64,000 nt of DNA from contig CAVZYA010000002.1 in assembly GCA_963779415.1 (NCBI GenBank), positions 512,001-576,000 of the forward strand, written 5' to 3'. This DNA is from an uncultured Acidobacteriota bacterium. GTDB lineage: Bacteria > Acidobacteriota > Thermoanaerobaculia > UBA5066. The notes under the pieces are model-generated. The model was not told the origin of the DNA, searched no databases, and worked only from the letters and a program-made list of their open reading frames with translations. Position numbers and translations under genes: made by a program. Numbering within the stretch: the first letter of the stretch is position 1; each line of letters starts with the position of its first letter. Shown one piece after another: positions 17,205 through 27,152 of the stretch.

Positions 17205-18532
17205 GGGGCGCCGCCGGCGGACGGCTTCTTCGGCGGCGAGGTCCGCTTCGGGTGGTACTCGGGGTTGTCGGGGTCGAGCTCGGCGGCGCGCTTCCACGCC
17301 GCGGCGGCGGCGACCGTGTCGCCAGTGGCGTCGAGCGCGGCGCCGAGGGCCGCTTCGGCCGCCGCGTCCTCCCCCCGGGAGAGGGTGACGGCACGCCGGG
17401 CGTGGGCGACGGCCTCCGGACGAGCCTTGAGGGCGAGGGCGACGCGCGAGGCCCGGACGTAGGCCTGGGGGTCGCTCCCCCATCGCGTGAGGGCCGCGTC
17501 GAGCGCCGCCTTCGCCTCCCGGGTCTTCCCCGCCGCGGCCAGCGCGTCGGCGATGTCCATCTCCCGCTCGCCCCGGGTCGCCGGGGGCGCGCCGGCCGCA
17601 TCCGAGAGGAGGGCGGCCTTCGTCAGGTCGGCGATCGCCGCGTCGCCACGTCCCGCCTTCCGCTCGATGGCGCCGAGGAGCGCGTAGAGATCGGCCGCGT
17701 ACGGACCGGACTCGCCGAGTGTCTTGAGCGTCGTCGTCACCGTCTCGCGGGCGGCGGCCGTCTCCCCCTGCCGGAGCTGCTCGCGGCCGAGCGCGAGCGC
17801 GAGGACGGCGCGGCGGACGTCCGTGCCGACCCTCGGAATGAACGTGGCGACGAGGTCGGCGGTCTCGGGGGAGAGGTGCCCCTGGAAGTCCTCGAGCGCC
17901 GCGAGAAGCGCCAGGAGCTGGATGTTCGCGTCGGGACTTCCGAGATCCGCCTCCTCCGAGACGAGGCGGACGGCGATCGGGCGGAGGCGTGCCACGTCGT
18001 TCCGGCGCGCGAGGTCCTGCGCCACGATCGCGGCCTCCCGCGGAGTCCAGTTCGTCCGGAGACGCGCGAGCGCCTCGAGAAGCGGCGTCTTCCCTTCGAG
18101 GATGGCCTTCCCGGCGGTGATGAAGGCGGCCGGCGGGTAGACGGCGATGAGGCGGTCGATCTCGTTCCCCGACGGATCGAGAAAGAGGATCGTCGGGAAG
18201 GAGCTGACCATGTAACGCTGCGCGATCTTCCGCCCTTCCCCCTTCTCGGCGTCCACCTTCACCGCGATGAGGTTCGCCTTCACCCACGCGCCGACGGATG
18301 GATCCGAAAAAGTCGTCCGGTCCAGCATTTTGCAGGGACCGCACCAGACCGCGAAGACGTCGACCATGACGCCCTTCTTCTCGGCCTTCGCGCGCCGGAG
18401 CGACTCGGAGAGCGGGCGCCCCTGGACGAAGGGGACGGCGAGCGGCCGCGGCGCCTCCTCCGCGCGGAGCGATGCGGCGGCGATGAGGAGGGCGGCGGCG
18501 ACGGCGGGGGCGTGGCGGTGATGCGCGGACAT
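17201..18532 (-). CDS. Exported thioredoxin-domain + TPR protein
   Basis: Signal peptide, WCGPC, KVDAEKGEG, FPTILFLD; C-terminal TPRs (WKRAAELDPDNPEY). Confidence 0.85.
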   Translation of the reverse strand: MSAHHRHAPAVAAALLIAAASLRAEEAPRPLAVPFVQGRPLSESLRRAKAEKKGVMVDVFAVWCGPCKMLDRTTFSDPSVGAWVKANLIAVKVDAEKGEGRKIAQRYMVSSFPTILFLDPSGNEIDRLIAVYPPAAFITAGKAILEGKTPLLEALARLRTNWTPREAAIVAQDLARRNDVARLRPIAVRLVSEEADLGSPDANIQLLALLAALEDFQGHLSPETADLVATFIPRVGTDVRRAVLALALGREQLRQGETAAARETVTTTLKTLGESGPYAADLYALLGAIERKAGRGDAAIADLTKAALLSDAAGAPPATRGEREMDIADALAAAGKTREAKAALDAALTRWGSDPQAYVRASRVALALKARPEAVAHARRAVTLSRGEDAAAEAALGAALDATGDTVAAAAAWKRAAELDPDNPEYHPKRTSPPKKPSAGGAP

Positions 18533-18580
18533 CGGCGAACCGCCATGAAACCACGCGCCTCGGGGGCGTGTCCACCGGCG

Positions 18581-19384
18581 TCAGAAGGCAGGACGAAGGG
18601 GATCGATCTCCGGCGGGGGAGGGTCGCCGTCGTAGACGACCGCCTCGAGGAAGAGGCCGGACGGGGGAGCCGTCCACTTCGCGGGATCGGCCGAGCGCGT
18701 CGCGAGAAGCTCTCCGACGCGTTCCGGGAGGAGGTGTCCCCGCCCCACCTCGAGAAGAGTACCGACGAGCCGGCGGACCATCCGCCAGAGGAAGTGCGAC
18801 GCCGCGATCCGGAAGAGGATCAGGTCGGGAAGGGCGGCGGGCGTCTCGACGCGCGCCCAGTCGACGTGGACGAGCGTCGAGTCGTGCCCCTCGGGGTTCT
18901 CCGTGAAGCTCGCGAAGTCGTGCTTCCCCGCGAGGAGCGCGGCCGCCTCCCGCATCGCGCCGGCGTCGAGCCGGTCCTTGACCCAGTAGACGAACGGCTT
19001 GCCGAAGGCGGTCCGGCGCCGCGAGATCCGGTACCGGTAGATCCGGAGGCGGGCGTCGTGCCGCGCGTGAAAGCCCGGCGACGCCGGCGCGAGCGCGAGA
19101 AGGTGGACGTCGGCCGGAAGGCGGTCGTTGATCTCGCGCGCCAGGTGCAGGAGATCGGGAAGAGGGGCCGCCGCGGGGAGGTTGAGCGACGCGACCTGCG
19201 CGAAGGCATGGACGCCCGCGTCGGTCCGCCCGGCCCCGTAGATCCGGACGCCGTCGCCGATCGCCTCGCGGACGGCGGCGGCAAAGACGCCTCCGACCGT
19301 CCGTGCGTTCACCTGCGCCTGCCAGCCGCGATAGCGGGTGCCGTCGTACTCGAGTGTGGCGCGGAGGACGCGGGCGGGGCTCAC
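18581..19384 (-). CDS. truA: tRNA pseudouridine(38-40) synthase
   Basis: EYDGTRYRGWQ, GAGRTDAGVHA, FHARHDA, HDFASF, FLWRMVR, TAPPSGLFL. Confidence 0.95.
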   Translation of the reverse strand: MSPARVLRATLEYDGTRYRGWQAQVNARTVGGVFAAAVREAIGDGVRIYGAGRTDAGVHAFAQVASLNLPAAAPLPDLLHLAREINDRLPADVHLLALAPASPGFHARHDARLRIYRYRISRRRTAFGKPFVYWVKDRLDAGAMREAAALLAGKHDFASFTENPEGHDSTLVHVDWARVETPAALPDLILFRIAASHFLWRMVRRLVGTLLEVGRGHLLPERVGELLATRSADPAKWTAPPSGLFLEAVVYDGDPPPPEIDPLRPAF

Positions 19385-19406
19385 TTCGCTATTCTCGCCC
19401 GAGGCG

Positions 19407-20588
19407 ATGGCGACGGGAGAAATCGGACGGGACGCGCCCCTGACGCTCGCGCGCCTCCCCGAGGCGGAGACCGCCGGGAGGGAGGCGATCGCGGCGCTCG
19501 TGTCGGCGGCGGAGGACGCGGCGGGGGAGGCTTTCCTGGGCGCGGCTCTCGGCGGGCCTCCCGGCGCGGGAGAAGGGGCCGTGAGGCGGAGAGGGGGCCA
19601 GCCCTTTCTCGCGGACCCGCTCGAGCTTCTCGTGGTCGTCGGCGCGCCGCTTCGCTCCGTCCCGGCGATCGGCGGGCGCGTCCGGAAGGGCGTGGCGGCC
19701 GCGGCGCGCGCGCGCCGTGTCGTGGGGGACGCGGATGTCGTGGCGCGCGCGGCAATCCCTTTCCTTCCCCCGACGCTCCGGAACCTCGAACTCGTCGGCG
19801 CGGGACGGCTCCTCGCCGGCCGGCCCGGGCTTCTCGCGGAGGCTCCCGATCCGGCGACCACCTTCCCCGGGGAGACGGAAGGGGTGCGCCTCCTCGTCCG
19901 GCGCGGGGCGGACCTCCTCCGTGCCGAGGCGATCGCGGACGGAGCGCCCCGGGGGCATGCGGCGGAGGAGGCGCTCCGGATCGTCGACGAGACCGATCTC
20001 GGGCTCGGGGCGGCCGCGCTTCTCGCGGCGGGGCGCTGGGTTCCGGGTCTCTCCCGTCGTGACACGGCGCTCCGCGATCTGGCCGCTCCGGGCCCTGCCG
20101 GGCGGCCGGCGACCGGCTTCCATACCCGGATGACATGGACACGCTTTCGCGACCTCGTGGACCGCCATCACGAGGCGCTCGCAAGGCGCGCGGAAGGGAG
20201 CGATCCGTCGGCCTCGGCGGACGTCCGGCGCGCCGTCGCCCGCGCGGCGGACCGCTGGCTCGAGGTGTTGCGCCTCCTGGAAGAGGCCCGCCTCGGCGTC
20301 GCGCTTCCCGACTGGTCGGAGCACGCGGCGGTCCTCGCGGCGCGGCGCGCGCCGGAGGCGGACGGTGTCCTCTTCGAGGACCTCTTCGGCAATGATGCGG
20401 CGCGGCGCGAGATGCGGCGTGCGGTTCGCCGCTGGGATCCGGCCGAGCGGCTCGCCCCCGCCCTCGCCGCTCTCGTCGACTGGGATCCGGGGGACCTGCC
20501 GATCGTGCCGGTCCTCCTCGACCTTCCGGAGAACGCGTCGCGCGAGGCAATGCGGCAGCGCGCCATCGCGTGGGGCGCCGCCGTCTGA
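19407..20588 (+). CDS. Hypothetical protein, possible degenerate Pol-beta-type nucleotidyltransferase
   Basis: Coding-like 393-aa ORF; LGGPPGAGEG...ADPLELLVV resembles the hG[GS]xxRGEG...DxD motif. Confidence 0.55.
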   Translation: MATGEIGRDAPLTLARLPEAETAGREAIAALVSAAEDAAGEAFLGAALGGPPGAGEGAVRRRGGQPFLADPLELLVVVGAPLRSVPAIGGRVRKGVAAAARARRVVGDADVVARAAIPFLPPTLRNLELVGAGRLLAGRPGLLAEAPDPATTFPGETEGVRLLVRRGADLLRAEAIADGAPRGHAAEEALRIVDETDLGLGAAALLAAGRWVPGLSRRDTALRDLAAPGPAGRPATGFHTRMTWTRFRDLVDRHHEALARRAEGSDPSASADVRRAVARAADRWLEVLRLLEEARLGVALPDWSEHAAVLAARRAPEADGVLFEDLFGNDAARREMRRAVRRWDPAERLAPALAALVDWDPGDLPIVPVLLDLPENASREAMRQRAIAWGAAV

Positions 20589-20592
20589 CCCT

Positions 20593-21381
20593 TCAGAACG
20601 TGGAGCGGCCCCGGGTGAGGGCGAGACGGAAGTCGAGGAGGCCGCGGGTGCCGCGGACGGCAACGCGCCGGAGTCGAAACGGGCGGGAGAGGTCGGCGAC
20701 GATCCCGCCGCGGATCACGGTGGCGGCGCGAAAGCCGGCCCTCCGGACGGCGTCCTCCGCGCGGTCGTCGCAGGCGCCGTACGGGTAGCAGAACGAGAAG
20801 ACGGGTTCGCCGAGGACGGCTTCCAGCCGTTCCCGGCTTCCGCGCGTCTCGGCGTCGAGGGCGTCGTCCGGAAGCTCGGTGAGGGCCCGATGAGTCGCCC
20901 CGTGCGAGCCGACCTCCAGGCCGGCCGCGGCGATCTCCCGGAGGCCCGACTCCGAGAGAAGCCTCTCGCCGGGCGTCTCACCGTCCCAATCGTTCGTCCC
21001 GCCGAGCTTTCCGGAGACGACGAAGACCGTCGCGGCAAAGCCCCGCTCGCGAAGGAGCGGAAGCGCCGCCGTCCGGACGCCGTCGTAACCGTCGTCGAAG
21101 GTCAGGACGACGCGGCGGTCCGCGGGGCGCGGCGGATCGGCGAGGAGGTCCCGGAGGGCGACTCCCCGAAGGCCCCGGCTCGCGAGGAAACCGAGCTGCC
21201 GCCGGAAGTCCCCCTCGGAGACCCGCCACCGGTTGAGCGCCGATCCCTTCCGGTGGGGCGCCACCTGGTGGTACATCAGAAGGGGGACGCCTTCCTTCCG
21301 GGGACGCCACCAGTGAAAGCGGAGCGAGCCGCCGAGCGCCGAGAGTCCGGCCAGAGCCGCGGCGGCGGCGAGCGGCGTCAT
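20593..21381 (-). CDS. Polysaccharide deacetylase (CE4)
   Basis: LMYH, LTFDDGY, GSHGATH, FCYPYG. Confidence 0.9.
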   Translation of the reverse strand: MTPLAAAAALAGLSALGGSLRFHWWRPRKEGVPLLMYHQVAPHRKGSALNRWRVSEGDFRRQLGFLASRGLRGVALRDLLADPPRPADRRVVLTFDDGYDGVRTAALPLLRERGFAATVFVVSGKLGGTNDWDGETPGERLLSESGLREIAAAGLEVGSHGATHRALTELPDDALDAETRGSRERLEAVLGEPVFSFCYPYGACDDRAEDAVRRAGFRAATVIRGGIVADLSRPFRLRRVAVRGTRGLLDFRLALTRGRSTF

Positions 21382-22154
21382 GAAACGAGCGTTCGGAGCT
21401 TGAGGTACTTGAAGAGCGTGTTGCCCGAGGAGAGCGCGGCGTAGGTCAGCCCGGCCGCCCCGTCGAGGAAGCCGAGATGGACGAGCGAGCGGTCGAGGAA
21501 CTCCCAGACGACACGCAGGACGAGGAGGTGGGGGCCGCGCCGGCGCTCGGCGGCCTTCGCCTCCGCCCCGAGCGTCGTGTAGAGGTCGAGCTTCTCGAGA
21601 AAGTGGGGAAGGTCGCGGTAGGAGCGGTGGAGGATCCGGCCGCGCAGCGTCCCGACCGCGCCGGTCGCGACGACTTTCTCGTGCACCTTCGCGTCGGAGA
21701 AGCGGCAGACGTCGCGGCGGTAGAGGCGCACGGGCGTCACGACGGTGTCCTTGCCGAAGCGGAGGACACGCCCCAGGAACTCGAGGTGGATCGGGACGCG
21801 GAACGCGACGGGCGCGTGGGCGCCGTCCGCGCCCGCGGCGTCGAGCCGGGCCGTGATCTCGGCGGCCAGCTCGGGGAGGACGATCTCGTCGGCGTCGACG
21901 GAGAAGATCCACGGGGCGGTCGTCTCGTCCGCGGCGGCGTTCTTCTGCGGCCCGAACCCGTCGAAGACCCGGACGATCACGCGCGCGCCGGCCGCGCGCG
22001 CCACCTCTTCCGTCCGGTCGGTCGTGGCCGCGTCGACGACGACGACGACCTCGTCGGCGAACGAGACGGAGGCGAGCGTGGCGGGAAGCCGGTCCTCCTC
22101 GTCGCGCGCGACGATCGTGGCGGCGAGGCGCGCTCGCGCGGCCGGGCGTTCCAT
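21378..22154 (-). CDS. Glycosyltransferase family 2 (WaaE/KdtX-like)
   Basis: IVARDEE, FGPQKN, WIFSVDADE, KVHE, ILHRSY, GFLDG. Confidence 0.9.
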   Translation of the reverse strand: MERPAARARLAATIVARDEEDRLPATLASVSFADEVVVVVDAATTDRTEEVARAAGARVIVRVFDGFGPQKNAAADETTAPWIFSVDADEIVLPELAAEITARLDAAGADGAHAPVAFRVPIHLEFLGRVLRFGKDTVVTPVRLYRRDVCRFSDAKVHEKVVATGAVGTLRGRILHRSYRDLPHFLEKLDLYTTLGAEAKAAERRRGPHLLVLRVVWEFLDRSLVHLGFLDGAAGLTYAALSSGNTLFKYLKLRTLVS

Positions 22155-22201
22155 GGCGCGGAAGTATGGCGCGGCCGTCGCCGTCCGTATACTGTCGCGC
22201 C

Positions 22202-23941
22202 GTGAGACTGGAGGGCGCGGCGCCCGAAGATCCCGAAGCCTCGGGACGTCTTCTCTTCGCGCTGGCGCTTCTCGCCGGCGCGCTGCTCCGCCTCGTTCTC
22301 CTCGGGCGCCCCGACCTTTTCGGCGCGGACGAAGGGGCGTGGGCTCTCGGCGCGCGCAACCTCGTGGAAGGCGGGCTCGCGCAGGCGGCGGCCCTCTCCG
22401 ACCATCCGCTCGGAGCGCCGGCGGGGACGCCGTTCCTTTTTCCCGCGGTCCTCTCCGTGATGGTGCGTGTCTTCGGGGCGGAGGAGTGGGCGATCCGGCT
22501 TCCGTCCGCCTTCGCGGGGCTCGTCGGCGCCTTCCTCCTCGAGCGGATCGTCCGGCGCGGGTGGGGGCAACCCGCCGGGCACCTCGCGGGGGCTTTCGCG
22601 GCGCTCCTGCCGCCGCTCGTCTCGGCGTCACGGATGGCTACGGTCGAGCCGACGCTCGTCGCCCTCGGCCTCGGCGGGATCATCTTCGGCCTTCGCGCCT
22701 TCGAGGAAGACCTCCCGATGGAGGGGGCGCTCGCGGGCCTCCTCTTCGGCCTCGGGTTCCTCGCGAAGGGGTACGCCGTCGGGCTCTACCTCGCGCCGCT
22801 CCTCCTCGCGCTCGCGGTCAAGCCGCGCCTCTTCGGTCTCGGGCGGACGGCCCGATCGCTCGGATTTCTCCTCGGCGCGTTCGTCCTCGTAGGCTCGGCG
22901 CAGCTCCTGCTCGTCGCATTCCTCAGGCCGTCGCTCTTCGCCTTCCAGCTCGCGACCCTCTTCGGCGCCTCCGAGGCCGCGGCTCGCGCCGCCACGCAGC
23001 CGACCGCGTTCGGAGCGGACCTCAAGAGCCTCGTCTCGACGCTCTTCTTCTTTCTTCCGCTCGGCGGCCTCGGCCTCGCGTTCCTCTCGCGCCCGGTCGG
23101 TGAGGCCGAGGTCGAGTCGGGGGCGACCGGGGGTCCGCGGCGGCTCGACCACGGCGTCCTCTGGGGGACGTTCCTCGTCGAGCTCCTCGCGATCGTCGCC
23201 GTCGCGGGCCGGATGAAGCTCTCGTCGATTCCGGTTCTCCCCGTCGTCGCGGCCCTCGCCGGCCTCGGCGGGACGGCGCTGCTCCGTTTTCCGGCCGAGC
23301 CGGGACGGCGTCGGCGCGAGGCGATCGCGGCGGCGGCGGGAGGGCTGGTCGTCCTCGGGGCGTCCGCCCTCTTCGTGGCTTCGCCGGTGGAGCCGCTCTT
23401 CGGCGGGCGCGAGCGGCCGATCGACGTCACGGCCGCCCTCGCGGCGATCGCGGGCGTCGGCGCTCTCTCGGCGTTCCTCGCCTGGGGCGGCGGACGGAGG
23501 CTGATCGGGGGGAGGCTCCCGCTTCTCTTCCTCTCGGGGCTTCTCGTCGCGGGAGGGATCGAATCGGCGCACGCGATCCGCTTCGCGCTCCTCACGCACC
23601 GGACCGGCGCCGGGGAAGCGGGCGTCGAGATCGCCCCCCTGCTCGCCGGGTCGCCGCCGGAGCGCCCCTCCTTCCGTGCCGTCGAGCGGGAGTCGCTGGA
23701 GTTCCACCTCTTCCGGACGAGCGCCTCGTGGGAGACGCTCACGACGCCGGAGGGGCTCGCGGAGGAGATCGCGGAGGGCGCGATGAAGAGCTGGATCTAC
23801 GCCGCGGCCGCGCCTCCGGGGCCGCTCGCGCCGCCGCCCGACGTGAAGAGCGCGCTCAATGCCTCCACCCGCGACGTGACGGCCGATGTGAACGCCCGGG
23901 CCGGAAGGACGACGGACCTCCGCGTTTTCGTCCGTCGTTGA
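22202..23941 (+). CDS. ArnT/PMT-like (GT-C) membrane glycosyltransferase
   Basis: Many TM helices; ADEG, FGAEEWAIRLPSA, GLGFLAKG. Confidence 0.8.
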   Translation: MRLEGAAPEDPEASGRLLFALALLAGALLRLVLLGRPDLFGADEGAWALGARNLVEGGLAQAAALSDHPLGAPAGTPFLFPAVLSVMVRVFGAEEWAIRLPSAFAGLVGAFLLERIVRRGWGQPAGHLAGAFAALLPPLVSASRMATVEPTLVALGLGGIIFGLRAFEEDLPMEGALAGLLFGLGFLAKGYAVGLYLAPLLLALAVKPRLFGLGRTARSLGFLLGAFVLVGSAQLLLVAFLRPSLFAFQLATLFGASEAAARAATQPTAFGADLKSLVSTLFFFLPLGGLGLAFLSRPVGEAEVESGATGGPRRLDHGVLWGTFLVELLAIVAVAGRMKLSSIPVLPVVAALAGLGGTALLRFPAEPGRRRREAIAAAAGGLVVLGASALFVASPVEPLFGGRERPIDVTAALAAIAGVGALSAFLAWGGGRRLIGGRLPLLFLSGLLVAGGIESAHAIRFALLTHRTGAGEAGVEIAPLLAGSPPERPSFRAVERESLEFHLFRTSASWETLTTPEGLAEEIAEGAMKSWIYAAAAPPGPLAPPPDVKSALNASTRDVTADVNARAGRTTDLRVFVRR

Positions 23942-23954
23942 TAATCGCGGGTCG

Positions 23955-25292
23955 ATGACGACCGTCGTCTTCGCCGACCGGGATGGAGCCGCCTTCGGAC
24001 CGCTCTCGGGGCGGATCGTTCCGGCCCTCCTCCCGATTCAGGGAGTCCCGGCTCTCGAGCGGATGCTGACGGCGCTCGTCTCGGCCGGCATCCGGGACGC
24101 CCTCCTCGTCGTCGGCCCGCGGGCCGACGAGATCGAGAAACGGTTCGGCAAGGGGATCCGCTGGGGGATCGCCCTCGAGTACGTCCGGCGGGGAGAGGAC
24201 GAAACGCCGGGGGATCTCCTCCGGCGGCTCGAGCAGCGGCTCGACGGCGAGACGCTCGTCCTGCGCGGAGACGTCGGGGCGCACGCGGCCGTCGGGGAGT
24301 TCCTTCGCGAGGTGGAGGGAAGGCGCGGCCCGATCGTGGCCGGCGTCACGGACGGAAGGCCGGCAGGCTTCTGGCGGCTCCTGCCGGGAGCGATCAAGAA
24401 GAAGGAGCTGCCGCGCGAGCCGGCGTCGCCCGAGTGGACCCTGGACAAGGACCAGGTCCCGCTCCCGCTCGCGACGCCGTTCACGCTCCTCGAATCCGTC
24501 GTGTCGTACCGGGCCGCGGACCGCGGCGCGTCCGTCGCGATCTCGCCGCGAGGCGTGGCGGAGCCCGGTGCGAAGCTCCTCCCCGGGAGCACGGTCGGCG
24601 AGGAGGCGCTCGTCCTTTCGGGCGCCTCGCTCGCGGAGACGGGCGTTCTTCCGCGTACCGTCATCCCTCCGGGCGTCTCCCTCACGAGCGCGGTCGTCTC
24701 CGGAAACCTCGTCGTCGACGCGGGAAGCGGCACGGTCTCGCGCCTCACGGACCTCCTCCCGCCGCCGGGGGGCGGACGCTTTTCGTCCGGGAAGGGGGCG
24801 GCATTCGCCCTCTTCCTCCTCTCCCTTCCGCTCTGGCCCCTGGCGTTCCTCTGGTCTCTCGTCGCGAACGCCGGGCACGCGACGCGGGAACTGACCTGGA
24901 ACGGGAACGGCTCTTCGGGGCGCGAGCCGTTCACGGCGTTTCGTTTCGAGACCGCGATCCCGGTCCTCCGGGATCTGCCGCTCCTTCTCGCCGTCCTCAC
25001 GGGGAAGCTGGCGCTCACGGGGGTGACCCCGCTCCCACCCGCGGAGGAGACGGCCCTCACGGAAAGCTGGGAAAAGGTCCGCCTCGAGGCGCCTGCCGGC
25101 CTTCTCTCTCTCGTCCGCCTCGCCGTTCCCGCCTCCGCGCCGGCCGAGGTGACCCGTCTCGTCGACTCCTTCGAGGCGCGGCGGCCGTCGCCGCTCCTCC
25201 TTCGGGCTCTCCGCGCCCTCTTCACGGCGCGGGCGTGGACGGCGTCGAGTGTCTGGAACCCGGACCAGCTCGCCGAGGAGGAAAACCGATGA
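23955..25292 (+). CDS. NTP-transferase-like + short LbH + bacterial sugar-transferase-like multidomain protein
   Basis: FADRDG..FGPL, PALLPI, FGKGIRWGIALEY; C-terminal LPLLLAVLTGKLALTG..P. Confidence 0.7.
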   Translation: MTTVVFADRDGAAFGPLSGRIVPALLPIQGVPALERMLTALVSAGIRDALLVVGPRADEIEKRFGKGIRWGIALEYVRRGEDETPGDLLRRLEQRLDGETLVLRGDVGAHAAVGEFLREVEGRRGPIVAGVTDGRPAGFWRLLPGAIKKKELPREPASPEWTLDKDQVPLPLATPFTLLESVVSYRAADRGASVAISPRGVAEPGAKLLPGSTVGEEALVLSGASLAETGVLPRTVIPPGVSLTSAVVSGNLVVDAGSGTVSRLTDLLPPPGGGRFSSGKGAAFALFLLSLPLWPLAFLWSLVANAGHATRELTWNGNGSSGREPFTAFRFETAIPVLRDLPLLLAVLTGKLALTGVTPLPPAEETALTESWEKVRLEAPAGLLSLVRLAVPASAPAEVTRLVDSFEARRPSPLLLRALRALFTARAWTASSVWNPDQLAEEENR

Positions 25293-26665
25293 ACGAGCGG
25301 ATCATCCGTTCGCCATGGGACGGCCGCGAGGCGGGACGCGTTCCCGTCCCATCCCCGTCCGAGGTCGAGACCGCCGTCGCCGGGGCCGCGAAGGTCTTCG
25401 AAGCGACACGAAAGTTCCCGACGTATCGCCGTGCGGGAATTCTCCGCACCGTCGCGGAGGCGCTTCTCTCGAAGAAGGAACCGCTCGCGCGGACGATCGC
25501 CCTCGAAGCCGGAAAGCCGCTCAAGGCGGCCCGCGCCGAGGTGGAGCGCGCCTCGGGAACGTTCGCCGCCGCGGCGGCCGCCGTCGAGACGGGAGCAGGG
25601 ACCCACTTTCCTCTCGACCTGAACGCCGCGTCGGCCGGGAAGTGGGGGATCCTCCGGCGTGTCCCGATCGGCCCGGTTTGCGCGATCACGCCGTTCAACT
25701 TCCCGCTCAACCTGACGTCCCACAAGGTGGCCCCCGCGATCGGCGTCGGCGCGCCCGTCGTCCAGAAGCCGGCCTCGCAGACACCTCTCTCCGCCATCGC
25801 GCTTCGGGAGATCGTCCTTTCCGCCGGCTGGCCGGAGGAGGCTTACGCCGTCCTCTGCATCTCGGGCGCCGACGGCGAGAGGCTCGTGACCGATCCGCGC
25901 CTTCCCGTCGTCTCCTTCACCGGCTCCGGCCCGGTCGGGTGGCGGCTGAAGGAGATCGCCCCCCGGAAGCGCGTCGGACTCGAGCTGGGGGGAAACGCCG
26001 GGCTCGTCATCCACGAGGACGCCGACCTCGCCGATGCCGCCGCGCGCGCCGCGAGCGGCGGCTTCGTCTACGCTGGGCAGTCGTGCATCTCGGTCCAGCG
26101 GATTCTCGTCCACCGCCCGGCGTACGGCGCTTTCCGCGATCTCCTTCTCGCCGCGACGGCGCGGATGAAGACCGGCGACCCGCTCGACGAGAGCGTGGAC
26201 GTCGGGCCGATGATCAGCGAGGCCGACGCGGTCCGCGCCGAGTCGTGGGTGAAAGAGGCGATCGCCGGGGGAGCGGAGCTTCTGACCGGAGGAAAGCGGT
26301 CGGGCGCGGTTCTTCTGCCGACGGTCCTCGCGCGGACGACGGCCGCGATGAAGGTTGAGTGCCAGGAGGTCTTCGCCCCGGTCGTGACGCTCGCGCCTTA
26401 CGACACCTTCGAAGAAGCCCTCGCCCGCGTGAACGACTCGAAATACGGCCTCCAGGCCGGCCTCTTCACGAACGACCTCGAGCGGATCCAGAGGGCGTTC
26501 GACACGCTCGAGGTGGGCGGGATCATCGTCAACGACGCGCCGACGTGGCGGGCCGACCGGATGCCGTATGGCGGCGTGAAGGAGTCGGGCGTCGGGCGGG
26601 AAGGGCCTCTCTACGCGATGGAGGAGTTCACCGAGCCGCGCCTCCTCGTTCTCCGCGCTCCCTGA
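25289..26665 (+). CDS. Aldehyde dehydrogenase
   Basis: ITPFNFP, KPASQTP, FTGSG, LELGGN, GQSCIS, EVFAP, YGGVKESG. Confidence 0.95.
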   Translation: MNERIIRSPWDGREAGRVPVPSPSEVETAVAGAAKVFEATRKFPTYRRAGILRTVAEALLSKKEPLARTIALEAGKPLKAARAEVERASGTFAAAAAAVETGAGTHFPLDLNAASAGKWGILRRVPIGPVCAITPFNFPLNLTSHKVAPAIGVGAPVVQKPASQTPLSAIALREIVLSAGWPEEAYAVLCISGADGERLVTDPRLPVVSFTGSGPVGWRLKEIAPRKRVGLELGGNAGLVIHEDADLADAAARAASGGFVYAGQSCISVQRILVHRPAYGAFRDLLLAATARMKTGDPLDESVDVGPMISEADAVRAESWVKEAIAGGAELLTGGKRSGAVLLPTVLARTTAAMKVECQEVFAPVVTLAPYDTFEEALARVNDSKYGLQAGLFTNDLERIQRAFDTLEVGGIIVNDAPTWRADRMPYGGVKESGVGREGPLYAMEEFTEPRLLVLRAP

Positions 26666-26676
26666 AAGGAAGACCG

Positions 26677-27126
26677 ATGTCCGAAGAGCACGTCTACCGC
26701 GTCTCCTCGTCGTGGAATCCCGCCGAGAAGCAGGGACACCTCACCTCCGGGAGCGGCACGCTCGCCACGCCTTTCGGCGGAGCCCCGTCACTCGGAGGGC
26801 GCGCCGACCGGACGAACCCGGAGGAGCTTCTTCTTGCGGCGCTCGAAGCCTGCTTCATCCAGTATTGGGCGATCTTCCTCGCCAAGCTGAAAGTGCCGCT
26901 CGAGAAGCCCCTTCTCGACGGCCGGTGCGAGCTGGAGAAGGACCCGGCTGGCGGCTTTCGCGTGGCGAAGCTCTTTCTCGTCCCCCACGTCCCGAAGACG
27001 GTCTGGGACGAGCGGAAGGGGGACGTCGAGAAGACCCTCGAGCTCGCGGAGAAGTACTGCATCGTCTCGAAAGTGGTCCGCGGCTCGGGCCTCGCGATCG
27101 AGGTCAGCCCGAACGTCGTCCCGTAG
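26677..27126 (+). CDS. OsmC family protein
   Basis: NPEELLLAALEAC ... AEKYCIVS. Confidence 0.9.
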   Translation: MSEEHVYRVSSSWNPAEKQGHLTSGSGTLATPFGGAPSLGGRADRTNPEELLLAALEACFIQYWAIFLAKLKVPLEKPLLDGRCELEKDPAGGFRVAKLFLVPHVPKTVWDERKGDVEKTLELAEKYCIVSKVVRGSGLAIEVSPNVVP

Positions 27127-27152
27127 GGGGGCGCCGGACGCGGACGGTCGCG

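Noticed and set aside
17006-20062. Very long Arg/Pro/Gly-rich or antisense ORFs (for example 17006..20062, 39156..42284, 46434..49379, 50426..52735)
   Set aside because: Shadow ORFs typical of ~70% GC DNA, overlapping well-supported genes and lacking recognisable motifs.
26406-26418. CCTTCGAAGAAG in the aldehyde dehydrogenase as another copy of the dispersed motif
   Set aside because: It encodes the conserved TFEEA segment and lacks the flanking GAT/purine tract and low-GC patch; probably chance.
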